A stretch of 64,000 nucleotides of DNA, from positions 99,262,001 to 99,326,000 of the forward strand of contig OZ024742.1 in the NCBI GenBank assembly GCA_964016885.1, written 5' to 3'. This document shows positions 12,099 to 26,266 of the stretch, piece by piece. The DNA comes from Eledone cirrhosa (Eukaryota). The notes under the pieces were generated by a model. The model did no database searches. It had not been told where the DNA came from and was given only the letters and a program-made list of their open reading frames with translations. The number at the start of each line of letters is the position of its first letter. Position 1 is the stretch's first letter. The position numbers and the translations under genes were made by a program.

Positions 12099-12974
12099 TA
12101 GGTGGGTCAGAAAAGTTCCAGGACTGATGTCACAAAAGATTTATTTCAAACCCAAACTTCACACTAAGAGTTTTCTCCTTCAAAGTAATCATCCTGGAGT
12201 CTAATGCACTTTTCCATTCTTTTCTGCTACGTTTGCATGCACTCCTGGAAGGATTCTTCCGTGATCCTCCGAAGTTCTGTCGTCACAGCCTCTTTGATGT
12301 CGTCCACGTCTTCAAAACGGGTCCCCTCCGGGTCGTACTTGAAGATCCAAGACTCAACACCGGTGATGACTGTCCCTAGCAAGTCTGGTCCGGTTTCAAG
12401 ACGCTCGAGGATTTCCTGGCACACTTGCATGCGTCGACCCTTCTGGTCATCGTTCAGCAGTTTTGACACCATCTTCGCACAGACTTTCCACATGACCAAA
12501 TCTTCAGTGGGAATCTTCCAGGCGCTGTCCCGATTCATGCCCAGCTCATTTGCCATCAGTCGAACAGTCAGCCGACGATCGCTACACTCCATCTACCTGA
12601 CGCGCTCAACATTCATCTCAGTCCTGGTTGTTAGGGCCTTCCGTTACTGGGGTCATCTTCCACGCCCTTGCACCACTCAAAAACACGTGAGCGTGACATT
12701 GCCTCATCTCCATACACTTGCTGCAACAATCCCAATGCTTCTGGCGGAGTTTTCAAGTTTGTTCGTGGCTCTGTGCTCATTGTTTGACGACCCGAAACAG
12801 AAGACATGTATATAAAATTATGAAGAAAAATGTTTGATCGCTGCAGAGAGCTAAGATTACAGTTACATACTCCAGGGGGATTACTTTGAAGGAGAAAACT
12901 CTTAGTGTGAAGTTTGGGTTTGAAATAAATCTTTTGTGACATCATCAGTCCTGGAACTTTTCTGACCCACCTCG
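12098..12974 (-). mobile_element. Internally deleted mariner (Tc1/mariner) with ~100-bp TIRs and TA target duplication
   Basis: TIR C(T/G)AGGTGGGTCAGAAAAGTTCCAGGACTGATG at both ends. Transposase motifs VYGDEAMSRSRVFEW, VEDDPSNGRP, DRRLTVR, ITGVESWIFKYDPE (fused to GTRFEDV) and DYFEGEN. Confidence 0.95.
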
Positions 12975-13095
12975 TATATATTTATATATATATAAGATTG
13001 TTTGTGTGTGTATTGTGTATGTACATATAAGTGTGTATATATATATATTCATATATATATATATATATATACACGCACAGATATATATATATATA

Positions 13096-13127
<32 letters not shown>

Positions 13128-13732
13128 CTATGCAGAGAATGCTCTATAGATACTATGAGTGGGTAATTTGTCACGTATTTACACATTTTCACGAGCTTCA
13201 AATACATTAAATCTGTACGTTCACCATTTCATATTGAGATAAAAATATACCACTTCTTCATTCTTCAGAAAATTTGAAGTTTCTTCATTATTTTAGGATT
13301 TAGACAACCTTGAAAATATTTCAAACAGAACTGAAAAGTAAGAAATATATTTAGAGGGGGAATTACTTAAGTAATAACACATTTTATTTTATCTCTTGAT
13401 GTAATGGATCAATAGTGATTGATTTTTCTTTAAGATGGATAAATGTAACTCAGTAGCTGTCTATTCTTTATATTACATTTCTTTCTTGTTTCATTTTCGA
13501 GTCAGTACCAGGTCCGTTTTAAGCAGTCTAAACCATTTAGCTACTTGTTGTCAATTTCCTGTCTGATAGTTCTCTCTCTGCATGTAACCAGCGTCATTAT
13601 CTACATTATTATCGTTACCATCTTAGTCATCATCACTTCTATTTGTACTTACATCCTCATCAGCCATCTTCGTTGTCATCACCAATACTATTCATCATCA
13701 CCGGCATCATCGTTATTGTCATCGTCATCTTT

Positions 13733-13850
13733 ACCTTCTGAGTTCAAATTCCGCCGAGGTTAGTTTTGCCTTTCATTCTTACGCAATTGATAAAAAAAAC
13801 ACCAGTAATGCACTGGGGTCGTTTTAATCGATTTACCCCCCCCCCCCCCC
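13733..13850 (+). mobile_element. SINE family 1, partial
   Basis: TTCTGAGTTCAAATTCCGCCGAGGTTAGTTTTGCCTTTCATTC. Confidence 0.8.
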
Positions 13851-14587
13851 CCCCAAGAATATATATATATATAAACCTTTATTTGTATGCTTCTCTGTTT
13901 TGTTCCCGTCTAAATTTGCACTATATATATATATATAGTTAAATTTTGTTGAGAATATGTGTTTAATAACCAAATCAGTAAATGTTTTGCTGTCATTACA
14001 CCCTGTCGAATAACAAGTACCTAAAATCTTAGGTGCCTATCTTCTAACAGCAATTGAAATTACTGAGTGTTTGATATTTGAACATTTATCATATTTCGTT
14101 TTTGGTATTTTTTGCATAAACGTCAGCAATTCAACTTCATCTGTCTTATTCTTCATTTTCATTTATTCATTTGCTATTTTGTCAGGAAGGGGAGAGGAGT
14201 GCATATTATCCATTGTGAGAGTCTGCTAGATTAGCTAAAGTCAGTAGGGTAGGGAATATTAAACCGGAGAACTGAAAAAAAGGCTTGCAACAATATGGCT
14301 TCCGCTAAGGACACACAAAAGCCTGGAGGTGGTGCTAAATCGAGCCATGAGTTATGTCTCTCATCAAAAGCAGTATTAAATATGCATTTACATTCTGCAT
14401 AAGAAATAGAAATTCAGTAGAACTGTAATTAGTGAGTCAGGCACGATAGCAGGCGATAGGGTATGATGAAAGGAAATAGAATACCAAATGTGTACATTCG
14501 TACGAACAGTATCACCATATTTAATTAAATATGGTCATACCGTTCGTAGGACTTGTGGGATGGTAAATATCCCGGACAATTACTCGT

Positions 14588-14777
14588 ATTGTGAATTGGT
14601 AGTATCGGTAAAGCGTCAGACACCATGCTTTCCAGCATAAAGTGACGTCCCTTTACGTTCTGAGTACAAATCCCGCCGAGGTTAACTTTGCCTTTCATCC
14701 TTACGGTGTCGATAAAATAATGTGCCAGTAATGAACTGGGTAATTGCTCGCCTTGTGCCAAAAGTAAAAACAATTAT
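14588..14777 (+). mobile_element. SINE family 1; older degenerate copies follow to ~15210
   Basis: Head TTGGTAGTATCGGTAAAGCGTCAGAC, core, and tail CCTTGTGCCAAAAGTAAAAACAATT. Confidence 0.85.
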
Positions 14778-15362
14778 TAGTGTACTTCCGGCTTGTGTTT
14801 TGGGACAATTGTATTTCTTCGGCTACGTTATGTTTCATGTTTTAATCCCTTCCTCGGTCACTTTTGGCGTTATGCTTTCAGAATGGGTAAAGTAGAGTAA
14901 CACTCAATACCGGATTATATATAATCAATAGTCACTTCCCAATTTCTCGCCTTGTGCCTAAATTAGAAACTATTATTATTACTATTATTCATTAATATAC
15001 TACATTGGTAGAACCGAGAGAGCGACTGTTGGGACAAATGCATAGCAGTCTTTCTTCAAGCTCTTAATGTTCTGAGTTTGAATACCTCTAAAAACCAACT
15101 TCACTTATCATCTTTCCGTTGTCAATGAAATGCATTACAAGTCAAGTAATGGGGTAGATTCATCGATCTTCTCCCCACAAATTGTTAAACTGTTTTCTAA
15201 CTTAGAAAGCTTTATTACTGTAATTTACTGTTTTGGTTTTCTTTATCCATTTAAGACATCATTTGGCGTTCTACTACTGATAAGATAAATTTTATACGAA
15301 GAAGGTCAGCCTGCAATCCAATAAATAAATTCTGAATTCAAGCATAGAAATTAGTATATGCG

Positions 15363-15394
<32 letters not shown>

Positions 15395-15515
15395 CATATA
15401 CTTATATATACATATGTGTGATTATGTATGTGTGAGTGTCTAAATGTATGTATTTTGTCGGTGTATTATACATAATAATTTTACTGCACAGACACACATA
15501 CACATACACACACAC

Positions 15516-15569
<54 letters not shown>

Positions 15570-16090
15570 GTGTGTGTGTGTGAGTGTGTGCGTGTGTGTG
15601 ACTATGCAGTAAAATTATTATGTATAACCAGCAGAAAAACCACCCTTCGGGTGGTTTTCTGCTAGCATGTGTAGTATGTATATTGATATTATATGCAAGT
15701 CAAGTATATATACATGTAGATATGATACATCAAATAAAATCGTAATTGACAATATAAACAGAAATTGAACGAAGACTGTGTTACACTGTCTTATGTAATC
15801 AGTAACGTAATCCATGATACATTAAAAAAAGACGATATTATATATAAACTGCATTAGGAGAAAATTAGTATGTTTATTTAAGTGATCGCCACCGGAAGTG
15901 TTGACATCACACACTCTCTCTCTTTCTATATATATGGTAATTTAAGTGGTGGTGGTGGTGGGAACGATATACCGGAATTGCAACTTTGAAAAGAAGTAAA
16001 TTTTAAATTATTTATTTTTACGAAATTATTTTTGTTTACGAAATTTAGTAGATGAATTATGTAATATTCATTCATTATTTATTCAAATTA

Positions 16091-16196
16091 ACCCGCCGAG
16101 GTTAACTTTGCCTTTCATCCTTACGGGGTCGATAAAATAAAGTACCTGTAATACACTGAGTAATTGCTGGCCTTGTGCCTAAGTAGAAACAATTAT
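16091..16196 (+). mobile_element. SINE family 1, 5'-truncated
   Basis: Core and tail match the other copies. Confidence 0.85.
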
Positions 16197-16328
16197 TTAT
16201 TCAAATTAATCCAACTTATTTTACTAACGGGATAAAAATAAAACCTACGCAGTCCCGCAAACCTTCCTTTATTATTGTTTAAATACACAGAAAAAATACA
16301 TAAATATATACACTCACACATACATAAT

Positions 16329-16429
<101 letters not shown>

Positions 16430-16967
16430 TGTATATATATTACGATGTAGCTATCAATATACGAAGAAATATACACCACACATAATATACGCTTATGCAA
16501 GTACATGTGTGTATTTACGCTCACACACACATATACACACACACACACAGAAGCCAATATGGGCTATTACGTATCATAAGGAATAGTGGATAGAAAGTAC
16601 ATTCGATTCGAGTATTCTATTTTTCGTCGCCAATCTAGAAGTGTTGAACAAAGAATTTCCCCAGCTCGGCAATCTGAAGAACGAACGTCCACCATTATTA
16701 ACTAAGCTGTCCAAAGTAATGGTCTACTTTTTTTTTCTTATTCACTGAACTAATATAGCTTTATGTAGGAAAAGAGTGTTTCTTTTGATGTGTTAGACAC
16801 TTACCATTTTAATAATTGGGCGAAGCTTTTAGTTCTGTCTCGCCAATGGAAGGCAATTCACAGCTTTTTCTTGATAAATCTGATGGATTCTGTCCTTTTC
16901 TTTCTACTTTACATTTCATTTTATTTCATTCTTCCATTCCACGCCAAGGCCCCCACCTATATAAAAT

Positions 16968-17002
16968 TAATAATAATAATAATAATGATGATGATGATGA
17001 TG

Positions 17003-17036
<34 letters not shown>

Positions 17037-17064
17037 TAATAAAAATAATAATAATAATAATACC

Positions 17065-17095
<31 letters not shown>

Positions 17096-17110
17096 GCAGC
17101 AGCAACAACA
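16968..17110. repeat. Compound (AAT)/(GAT)/(AAC)/(AGC) microsatellite
   Basis: Read directly from the sequence. Confidence 0.95.
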
Positions 17111-17244
17111 ATAGAATACGAATAGAAATAAGTGATCAAGAATAAGTGAGTTTTTCACTTCTTTAACTTCACAGTTAGCACTAAGAAAGTAACCAATTAC
17201 TTGTACATATTTCTGTATTTCTGTGGCTACATGTGGTTTACATT

Positions 17245-17246
<2 letters not shown>

Positions 17247-17291
<45 letters not shown>

Positions 17292-17338
17292 GCATATATA
17301 TATATGTAAATTCCTGCATACAGACACACACATATATC

Positions 17339-17399
<61 letters not shown>

Positions 17400-17401
17400 G
17401 C

Positions 17402-17441
<40 letters not shown>

Positions 17442-17442
17442 G

Positions 17443-17488
<46 letters not shown>

Positions 17489-17546
17489 TATATATATATA
17501 TATATTCATATATATATATATATATTCATATATATATATATATATA

Positions 17547-17582
<36 letters not shown>

Positions 17583-17600
17583 TATATATATATATATATA

Positions 17601-17685
<85 letters not shown>

Positions 17686-17697
17686 TTATATATATTG
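17247..17697. repeat. Interrupted (TA)n tract with periodic TTCA
   Basis: Read directly from the sequence. Confidence 0.95.
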
Positions 17698-20020
17698 GTT
17701 CTAGTTATAGACGACATGTATGTAATAGCCGGAGTACATCTGATCACAACGCATTACATTTATACAACACAACACTCCGCCATCTTGTGAATATCCTATT
17801 GCATGCCAACATATCTACATACATTTATTTTCGTATGTCAATTGATATTGGCGTTTATAAAAGACTCGGAGTTACCCCGAAGTTGTATTAAGAATTAATA
17901 GAGTAATGAGCCTGTAATAATATTTCTTTTTTGTTTCTTGATATGTTTTGAGTTCAACTGCTGCAAGTTCTTTATTTTCAATGTACTTTCTATTTAAAGA
18001 ATCAACAAAATGAAAAAAAAAAACGTAAAAGATGCCACCTGACCACCATCATGATATACAGCTATTTTTATTTCAAACTTCTATATACCAAGAAACCCAT
18101 GACAAGAGTTTGTACTTAAACAATTTGAACCACATATTTTATAATGACTCATGTAAACTAATAGCAAACAATCTATATAATATGCCAGATAATATTTTCG
18201 TATAACACATCCATATGAAAATAGATCCAATTTAATGACTAAAATTTAGCTCTACTTCAACGTTACCCTCAATGAAGACTTAGTCTATTTTCACATGTAA
18301 TGTTTCTTTTTGTGTTAGAAATGTCTCCTTCTCCGTTCAGTCAAGCGCCTAATGCATTATGCGAAATGTACAAACGCGTTTATTGTGAAGAGCATATTTC
18401 GTAATTTAATTTATTTCTGGAAAAGAAATATAGGTCTCTCATGCATTTTACATAAAGTGACAGGATTATATGTGAGATAATGTATTTCTATTTCATTTGA
18501 AACTATCATTAAACGTAATATTTTAGATTTTAAGACGAACTGTTTTAATTTAAAAAATAACTTTTACATTATGTGGAAACAGAAATTTTTGCGAGGTAAA
18601 TGACCCATAGGAATAAAATCAATCTTAAAATGTGTGGAAATAGAGAGGTTCAGATAAAACTCACATAGAGCGCGTGGCACTTTTTCCTACACTTTACTAT
18701 CTACCGCTTTATTTGGGTTAATAACAGACACTTTAATTTAACATTCATCCTGCAAGATTTAATAGCCGCATTGCCCTGAAATTACATCCTACCATCTTCG
18801 AAATAAAAGATCACATTGGATTATGTATGATTAAATGCGAACTTTTCCAGAGAAGGAGGGTTAAATCTCGACTACAATTATCATCAGATTTCTGCTCAGT
18901 TAAGGCTGACAGCGGGATTATCAGTAGTAACAAAACGAAAGGATAAAAGTCAATTCTTAGTTGCAAGGAAGCAATGTTGCGAATTGTCTTTCTAGCAGTT
19001 ATACAGCTGCCCTTCTCATCTCTTGGCAGAAATGAGTGGATTTTGAACTCAGATCGAAGAAACGGATCAGATTACTACTTATTACCAATTCCGCAAAATC
19101 TAGACAAAATTAGAAAGACAAACATTCTTTGACAGTACTGACAACACAAATTAAATTAAATATGGAGGTTTTATTAACAGAAATATTCAACACGAATATT
19201 ATTCGAATGATGTAGAAGGTGAGATTTAAAATGGAGCTTCCAAGATTTATCTGCCAGCAGATGCAGTATCTCATCTGCAGAATTAACAAACCACTCGGGT
19301 TTCTTTTAGTGATTGCAGAAAGTTTTTGTTTGCTTTTTCTGACAATTTCGGGTTTTCAAAAAGCGAGCGCCAGAGGCCTTCAATTTGAATTTCCTGATTT
19401 TTTTTTGCCAAGGCTGATGTATATGCATTCGAAGTTTTGTTACTTTTCAGAAGTTTGGATAATTGCCTCGTAAATATGCGTGAAGTACGACAGAGAGGAG
19501 GGAACATACAAGAAGTTGATCCGTACAGCACACTGTATCTTTCATAATTCTAATTAGAGAGCCATGGCAAGTACCACGAAATGGGAAGATAACCTAATCT
19601 AAGGCCTGATAATTTACAGATCATGGGTGATTCCACGTAGTTTTCTGCTTGCTTGCAATTGGAAGATTAGTTTGGTCATAAAAGGCTAGTGTTCCGCACA
19701 AAGCAAGAAAAATCCGAGCCAATTTGAATTCATGCTATCCACTCTATCACTCCCAAATATAGTGGTTTCACATACATATTTCACAATGATATGTTTCCCA
19801 ACTGTCGAATCGCTGCTTATTATTGAATTCCTCTTTTTTCAGGAACATTCATGCTAAGTCCCTTTCGCGACGAAAGCGCTAAATTCAAATTATAAACAAT
19901 GCTTTTGTATTATATATATATATTTTTTTTATTAAAGTGATAAAGAGTGATTAATTACTTCTGTCAATGATACTTTATTAATATATTATTCTGAACTCTA
20001 ACGAAATATTTCTCCCTACC

Positions 20021-20112
<92 letters not shown>

Positions 20113-20244
20113 CATACATATATATATATAAATGTAAGTATGCACCCACACGTACATATGTATATGTATATATGTGTGTGCCTGTCTCAATTTAAGAAAA
20201 AATCAAGAAAATAAATACAAACCCGAATTGTGATAACTACCAAT

Positions 20245-20320
20245 CACCCAGACAGCTCTTGGTGCTGTTTCGCAATATTAATTGTTGATAGAAATACCAA
20301 TTCTTGCTCATCAGTGGGTG
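20245..20320 (-). ncRNA. Canonical type I hammerhead ribozyme
   Basis: CACCCA CTGATGA GCAA...TTGC GAAA CAGC-accaaga-GCTG TC TGGGTG; GUC triplet. Confidence 0.93.
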
Positions 20321-20742
20321 AGGAATTAGTATTCTAGATATTTCTAAGTATATTAAGTAACTGAATAGTGTGCTATATATAATAACGCACATGGTATCTT
20401 GGCGTGTCTCACAAACTTACACCACTAAAGATACCAGCCACGTTTATTCGACATTTGAAATAGCTCAACAAATTAACGGAGCCGAATATATATTGAGTTA
20501 AGAATTCAAAATAGTCTCTTACAATAAAATAGCTCTAAGAAAGTGATATTTCCGAGCCTTGTATTATAATTGAATATAAAAGAAAAACGAACACAGATAT
20601 ATACATATATGTGTTCAAATCGCAAGGGACCAGATTCGCTAAGGTGAAAAGAATACTAACTACAGACAATAGGGTTTGCCTGTTTCAATTTAAGAAAAAA
20701 TCAATAAAATAAATACAAACCGGAATTGTGGTAACTACCAAT

Positions 20743-20818
20743 CACCTAGACAGCTCTTGGTGCTGTTTCGAAATATTAATTGTGAATAGAAATACTAAAT
20801 ATTGCTCATCAGTGGGTG
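20743..20818 (-). ncRNA. Canonical type I hammerhead ribozyme, second tandem copy
   Basis: Same motif with single mismatches in stems I and II. Confidence 0.88.
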
Positions 20819-21196
20819 TTGAATTAGTATCCTAGACACTTCTAAGTATTCTTTTCACCTTAGCGAATCTGGTCCCTTGCGATTTGAAAATATATATATA
20901 TGTATATATCTGTGTTCGTTTTTCTTTTATATTCAATTATAATATACGGCTCGGAAATATCACTTTCTTAGAGCTATTTTATTGTAAGAGACTATTTTGA
21001 GTTCCTAACTCAAAATATACCTTTGATATATTCGGCTCCGTTAATTTGTTGAGCTATTTCAATTGTCGAATAAATCTGGCTGCTATTTTTAGTGGTATAA
21101 GTTTGTGAGACACGCTAAGATACCATGTGCGTTATTAGATATAGCACACTATTCAGTTACTTAATATACTTAGAAGTGTCTAGGATACTAATTTAT

Positions 21197-21272
21197 TATC
21201 CACTGATGAGCAATATTTAGTATTTCTATTCATAATTAATATTGCGAAACAGCACCAAGAGCTGTCTGGGTG
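21197..21272 (+). ncRNA. Canonical type I hammerhead ribozyme
   Basis: TATCCA CTGATGA GCAATATT...AATATTGC GAAA CAGC-accaaga-GCTG TC TGGGTG. Stem I is kept by G-U pairs. Confidence 0.93.
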
Positions 21273-21951
21273 ATTGGTAGTTACCACAATTTCGGTTTGT
21301 ATTTATTTTCTTGATTTTTTCTTAAATTGAAACCCTATTGTCTATAGTTAGTATTCTTTTCACCTTAGCGTATCTGGTCCCTTGCGATTTGAACACATAT
21401 ATGTATATATCTGTGTTCGTTTTTCTTTTATATTCAATTATAATATTTAGATAGGAACATAACTTTTGAAAAAATATCATCCTGACGCTGTCATGTATTT
21501 GATGGGTAATATTGGTGTGAAATATTCTAGTTATTTCCAGTTGCTCTATTGTCAGACAATATCAATGTCATACAAAAAGGAACATACTGAATAATAAAAA
21601 GACATTTCTAGAAAGTATTAGATGTATTTGATGTTCAACGTAATTACTTGTAGCCTATTTATATGGCAGAGTTGTTAGTTCAACGGCTTAAATGCCACGG
21701 CATTTCTTCTGGTTAACTGCGCTGTGATTCGTGTTCTACTCACGCCTAGGTCAACTTTCCTCTTTTCAGGGTCGATAAATAAAGTACAAGATCAAGGACA
21801 TTGGATTAACAGAATTCTTAAAATGTTGGGCGGGATGTTTTGTGGTATTACATTTCTAAGGCTCATCCTGAAATATTGAAACTGTGGTTGAATCAGAAGA
21901 TTTTTTTTCCTGTTGTGACCAGGAAAAGTGATCAAATTGAGTAACGTGTGT

Positions 21952-22112
<161 letters not shown>

Positions 22113-22138
22113 ATATATGTATATAAGTATGTATACGT

Positions 22139-22696
22139 ACAGTAGTATGTATATATATACATACATGCACACATATGTATAGTACTGTACGTCTGTACAC
22201 ATATATCTATGTAAGTATACATACTTATATTTAGGTACCAGCCGTACTAAGGGTGAGATATGAAATTTCGTTTCATTCTTATCCATTTATCGTTTCGACT
22301 AACTCACTCGATATGCAAATTAGGCTGCTCAGCCGTTTATATGCATAAGGAAAGTATGCACTTTCAAACGTTCAATCATCTGAAAGAAAGGTATACGATG
22401 CTGACGATAGCTAATAAGCTTGAAACTAGTACATCGTTCCTGTGTCAGTGTTGAACAAAAGGGCGGCAATGGTTGCCGAGCACGGTACGGCGTAATTCTG
22501 GCTGGTTGTTTACAAACAAACCGAACATTATAATAAATGTTCGGTGAACCCATACGTACGTATATATATGTGTGCATGTATGTATATATATACATACTAC
22601 TGTAAGTCTGTACACATATATGTATGTAAGTATACATATTTATATGTAGGTATCAGCCGTACTAAGAGTGAGAAATATAATTTTGCTTCATTCTTT

Positions 22697-22702
<6 letters not shown>
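22139..22702 (+). mobile_element. Non-coding ~415-nt HHR unit with ~100-bp terminal direct repeat and a short 5' inversion
   Basis: 22183-22285 is repeated at 22598-22700, and 22139-22180 is the reverse complement of ~22565-22603. Second copy at 50603-51248; fragment at 23570-23645. Confidence 0.88.
22395..22437 (+). ncRNA. Minimal type I hammerhead ribozyme, intact core
   Basis: ACGATG CTGACGA t-AGCT-AATA-AGCT-t GAAA CTAG TA CATCGT. Confidence 0.9.
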
Positions 22703-22741
<39 letters not shown>

Positions 22742-22861
22742 TAATCTTGATCCTCATTGTGCATCCACTTTCACATATATCTATGCATATATATATATAC
22801 ATACATACATATATCTGTGTGTGTGTGTCTGTGTATGTATGTATTTATGTATGTATGCATG

Positions 22862-23095
<234 letters not shown>

Positions 23096-23477
23096 TAGTG
23101 TGAGACGTTGAACAGAATGCTTTGCCGTATTTGTTTGTTCCGAATTTCAGTCAAAATCTTGCAAATCTTGCCGAACTCAACTTGGCCGTCCACCCTTCCG
23201 GGGTCGTATTAAAATAACAGTTAAATAGTAGTGTCGATTCTTTTTGTATATTCCTTTTTTCCTTGCTTTCCAAATCACTCATTCATTCTCCCTCACTCTC
23301 TCCCTCAGTCTCTCCCACTCTGTCTCTCTCTGTATATCGGATGCATTCTGACCCAGAGTGGAATAGGCTCCGGTAAGTTTACACGCCTCCTACGATTCCA
23401 TGAGATAGATGTTCATGACTCAGACGTGCATGTGTCTATATTTCTCTCTCTCGCTTTCCCCCCTCTCCCTCTCCCTC

Positions 23478-23520
<43 letters not shown>

Positions 23521-23669
23521 ATAATAATAAATTTGAAGACTAAAATCCAAAGAGGTCTCGATAAGGCTAAATATATACATACTTATATTTAGGTATCAGC
23601 CGTACTAAGAGTGAGAAATAAAATTTGGTTTCATTCTTTTCTATTTATATATGCCTCTCTATTTATATA

Positions 23670-25071
23670 TGCCTCTCTAGTAACATTGTCTACAAATGTA
23701 AGGTTGAAACACCCACGTCCCGTAGGGCCTACATAGGGTTAACCGCCAATAGATTCAAGCAGCGTCTTTACATGCATACCCATTCTTTTCGTTACCCTCT
23801 AAGAAGGAATATGACGTCACTTTCAGCTTATATCTGGAGTCTAAAAGACAACCACACCCAATATAAGTTACACTAGGAGATCCTAGCTAGGGCTAGATCG
23901 TATAACGGAAATAAAAGACCATGTGACCTCTGCGCCGCTGGGGCCCTGGAAATACTCTACGCCACAGACCACATCTTAAACAAAAAATCTGAGGCAATTC
24001 GGCTTGTAAACATAAATTGCACAAAACTTTCCTGTATTACAGCTCCACGTTATACCCTAACGGATAGTACGATCTATACGTGGATATTTTACGTCTTGAT
24101 ATGGTAGCTAAGTATATGTTTAGTTTATACCATTACTTATTTGCATTGGTAAGTATATATTACCTGTATGTTTTGTGAAGGTACGTATACCTTCTCGTAC
24201 GTATATTTGTTTGTATATGTTATGGCGTTAATTTTATATATTCTGTTACATATGGTTTGGTTATGTGTATACGGGAGTTTTGCGTCTGTGTGAGTATGCA
24301 GGTTCGTACGTATGTAGGGTGTGTGTATATGTGTACTTCATGTTTTGATTGACTTACGTCTCCGAACATTTGTATATTTACATGTAGGTATGTGTGTGCG
24401 CTTGTTATATACGTATTTATTTATTTATATACGTTTATTTAATTATTTATTTATTTGTATACACGCATACACACACACACATATTTATATGTGCGTGGTT
24501 TTGTATACCTATGGTAAGTGCTTTCGCGTATGCTTGTGTATGTACGTATTTGTATGCGTGTATGTATTTATGTAATTTCTATTACTTCTGTATTGTATTT
24601 ATTTAATTTGTTCTTAACTCTAAAGCGGAGATTCATTCGGTCTCCTAGTTAGAATGTTTGTCTACAACTTCTGCTATACCATTTACGTGCTTTTGTCTTT
24701 GCGTGCAATTGTTCCCACACTCCACATATGACGTATTATCTTCGTTTTTTTCGTTCATGGCCAGAGAACGTCTCTATGAACCACCTAAGTGAACATTAGT
24801 CTACGACCTCTTTTATACCATAAACGTGGTTTTGTCTTTGCGCGTAATTGTTTTTCACTGCTTCTATTAATGACGTATTATATTCGTTTTTTCCCGTTCT
24901 TTGCCAGCGAACATTTCCACGAACCAAAGTATCGTCTTCCTGTCTTCCTACGTTTGCAACGTTTTTTGAAATATCCACTTCTGCGTTTACAGATTGACTT
25001 TGTTAGTTTCAGAACATCCCGTTAAGAGTGAAAGCAGCGATTCTTTGCTTAAACTTTAATCTGTTATTTTA

Positions 25072-25078
<7 letters not shown>
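23670..25078 (+). mobile_element. Naiad-type PLE family A, second 5'-truncated copy
   Basis: CLSSNIVYKCKV...AYIGLTANRFKQRLYMHTHSFR...YIWSLK, then a premature TAG. Collinear with 8554-9940. Confidence 0.85.
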
Positions 25079-25135
<57 letters not shown>

Positions 25136-25137
<2 letters not shown>

Positions 25138-25250
25138 CGTTTCTGAATGTGTTTAGCAAGATTCTTTATCTGAAATCGTGTGTTGAAACCGATATTGTTA
25201 TACTTTGGGAGGGTCATGTTGCCAATAAGAAACACACGCACCAAAGTATA

Positions 25251-25334
<84 letters not shown>

Positions 25335-25390
25335 TATATATTGTTATACGATTTCAGATAAAGAATCTTGCTAAACAAATTCAGAAACTA
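25136..25390. repeat. Fold-back remnant of the PLE family D terminus, split by (TA)n
   Basis: 25140-25180 is inverted at 25348-25388, and 25190-25243 is the reverse complement of 58307-58355. Confidence 0.75.
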
Positions 25391-25428
25391 AATATATATA
25401 ATTATATAGAAATATATATATTATATTT

Positions 25429-26266
25429 GATATATCTCATATGAAATATTACACCCAATTTTCCACACAATACAATTAGTTAGCACCCCGAACGTTTAAT
25501 TAGGAATATACTCACTTATTTCCTAATGTTTGTTGAGTGAGTTGGGATTTGGCCGGAGTATCGCTAAAAGCTTCCTCCGATAATGTATTTATTTATTTAC
25601 TCTTGGTGCAACAGATTTGAACTTCCCGATATATTGTTAATTTTTTTTATATATGAAGATTGATTGTTTCTTGTATCTCATTCAGTTATTTTGCCCGAGA
25701 AAATATTTATGTGTATCATGAGACGATGTACACACATGGATATTTTTTCAAATTCGAATTGAGTTCTAGCACGTGGCCTGAATTCCTTTTAGAATTCATT
25801 GTCCTGCGCATGTATTGTTTTTTTTGGCGGTAATATACTTCCTCATTTTTTAATCAGTTTGAGTATTTCTTTAGAACTGCAACCTAGCAGATACCTCAAG
25901 CACTGATGGTGATTATCGCTAAATACTGATATTGATTTGATTATCAATATTAGTATTATTGGGCACCCACTGAAGAATTATAAGAGCCCACTTGAATAAG
26001 CATCTGTTGATCTTATACAAGCTTCTGCATAAATTGGTATAATTTCACCCAAATTTGTAGGAATCTTATGATGAAACGAGACGCCCGTCTGGGAAGAGAT
26101 ATATTCGATATATCTCATATGAAATAATACAGCCAATTTTCCACACAATACAATTAATTAGCACCCCGAACGTTTAATTAGGAATATACTCACTTATTTC
26201 CTAATGTTTGTTGAGTGAGTTGGAATCTGGCCGGAGTATCGCTAAAAGCTTTCTCCGATAATGTAT

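Larger units (their letters stand above)
20180..21446. mobile_element. Retrozyme/pseudo-LTR-like array of a ~500-nt non-coding unit: ~1.3 units on minus joined head-to-head to ~1.2 units on plus
   Basis: Period 498 bp on the left and ~505 bp on the right (20845 vs 21350). Inversion junction at AGTAT 20845-20849. Three canonical HHRs and no ORF. Confidence 0.9.

Noticed and set aside
19219-19700. Possible degenerate transposase (IQIEGLWRSL) on the minus strand
   Set aside because: A single short motif with many stops and no termini; not supportable.
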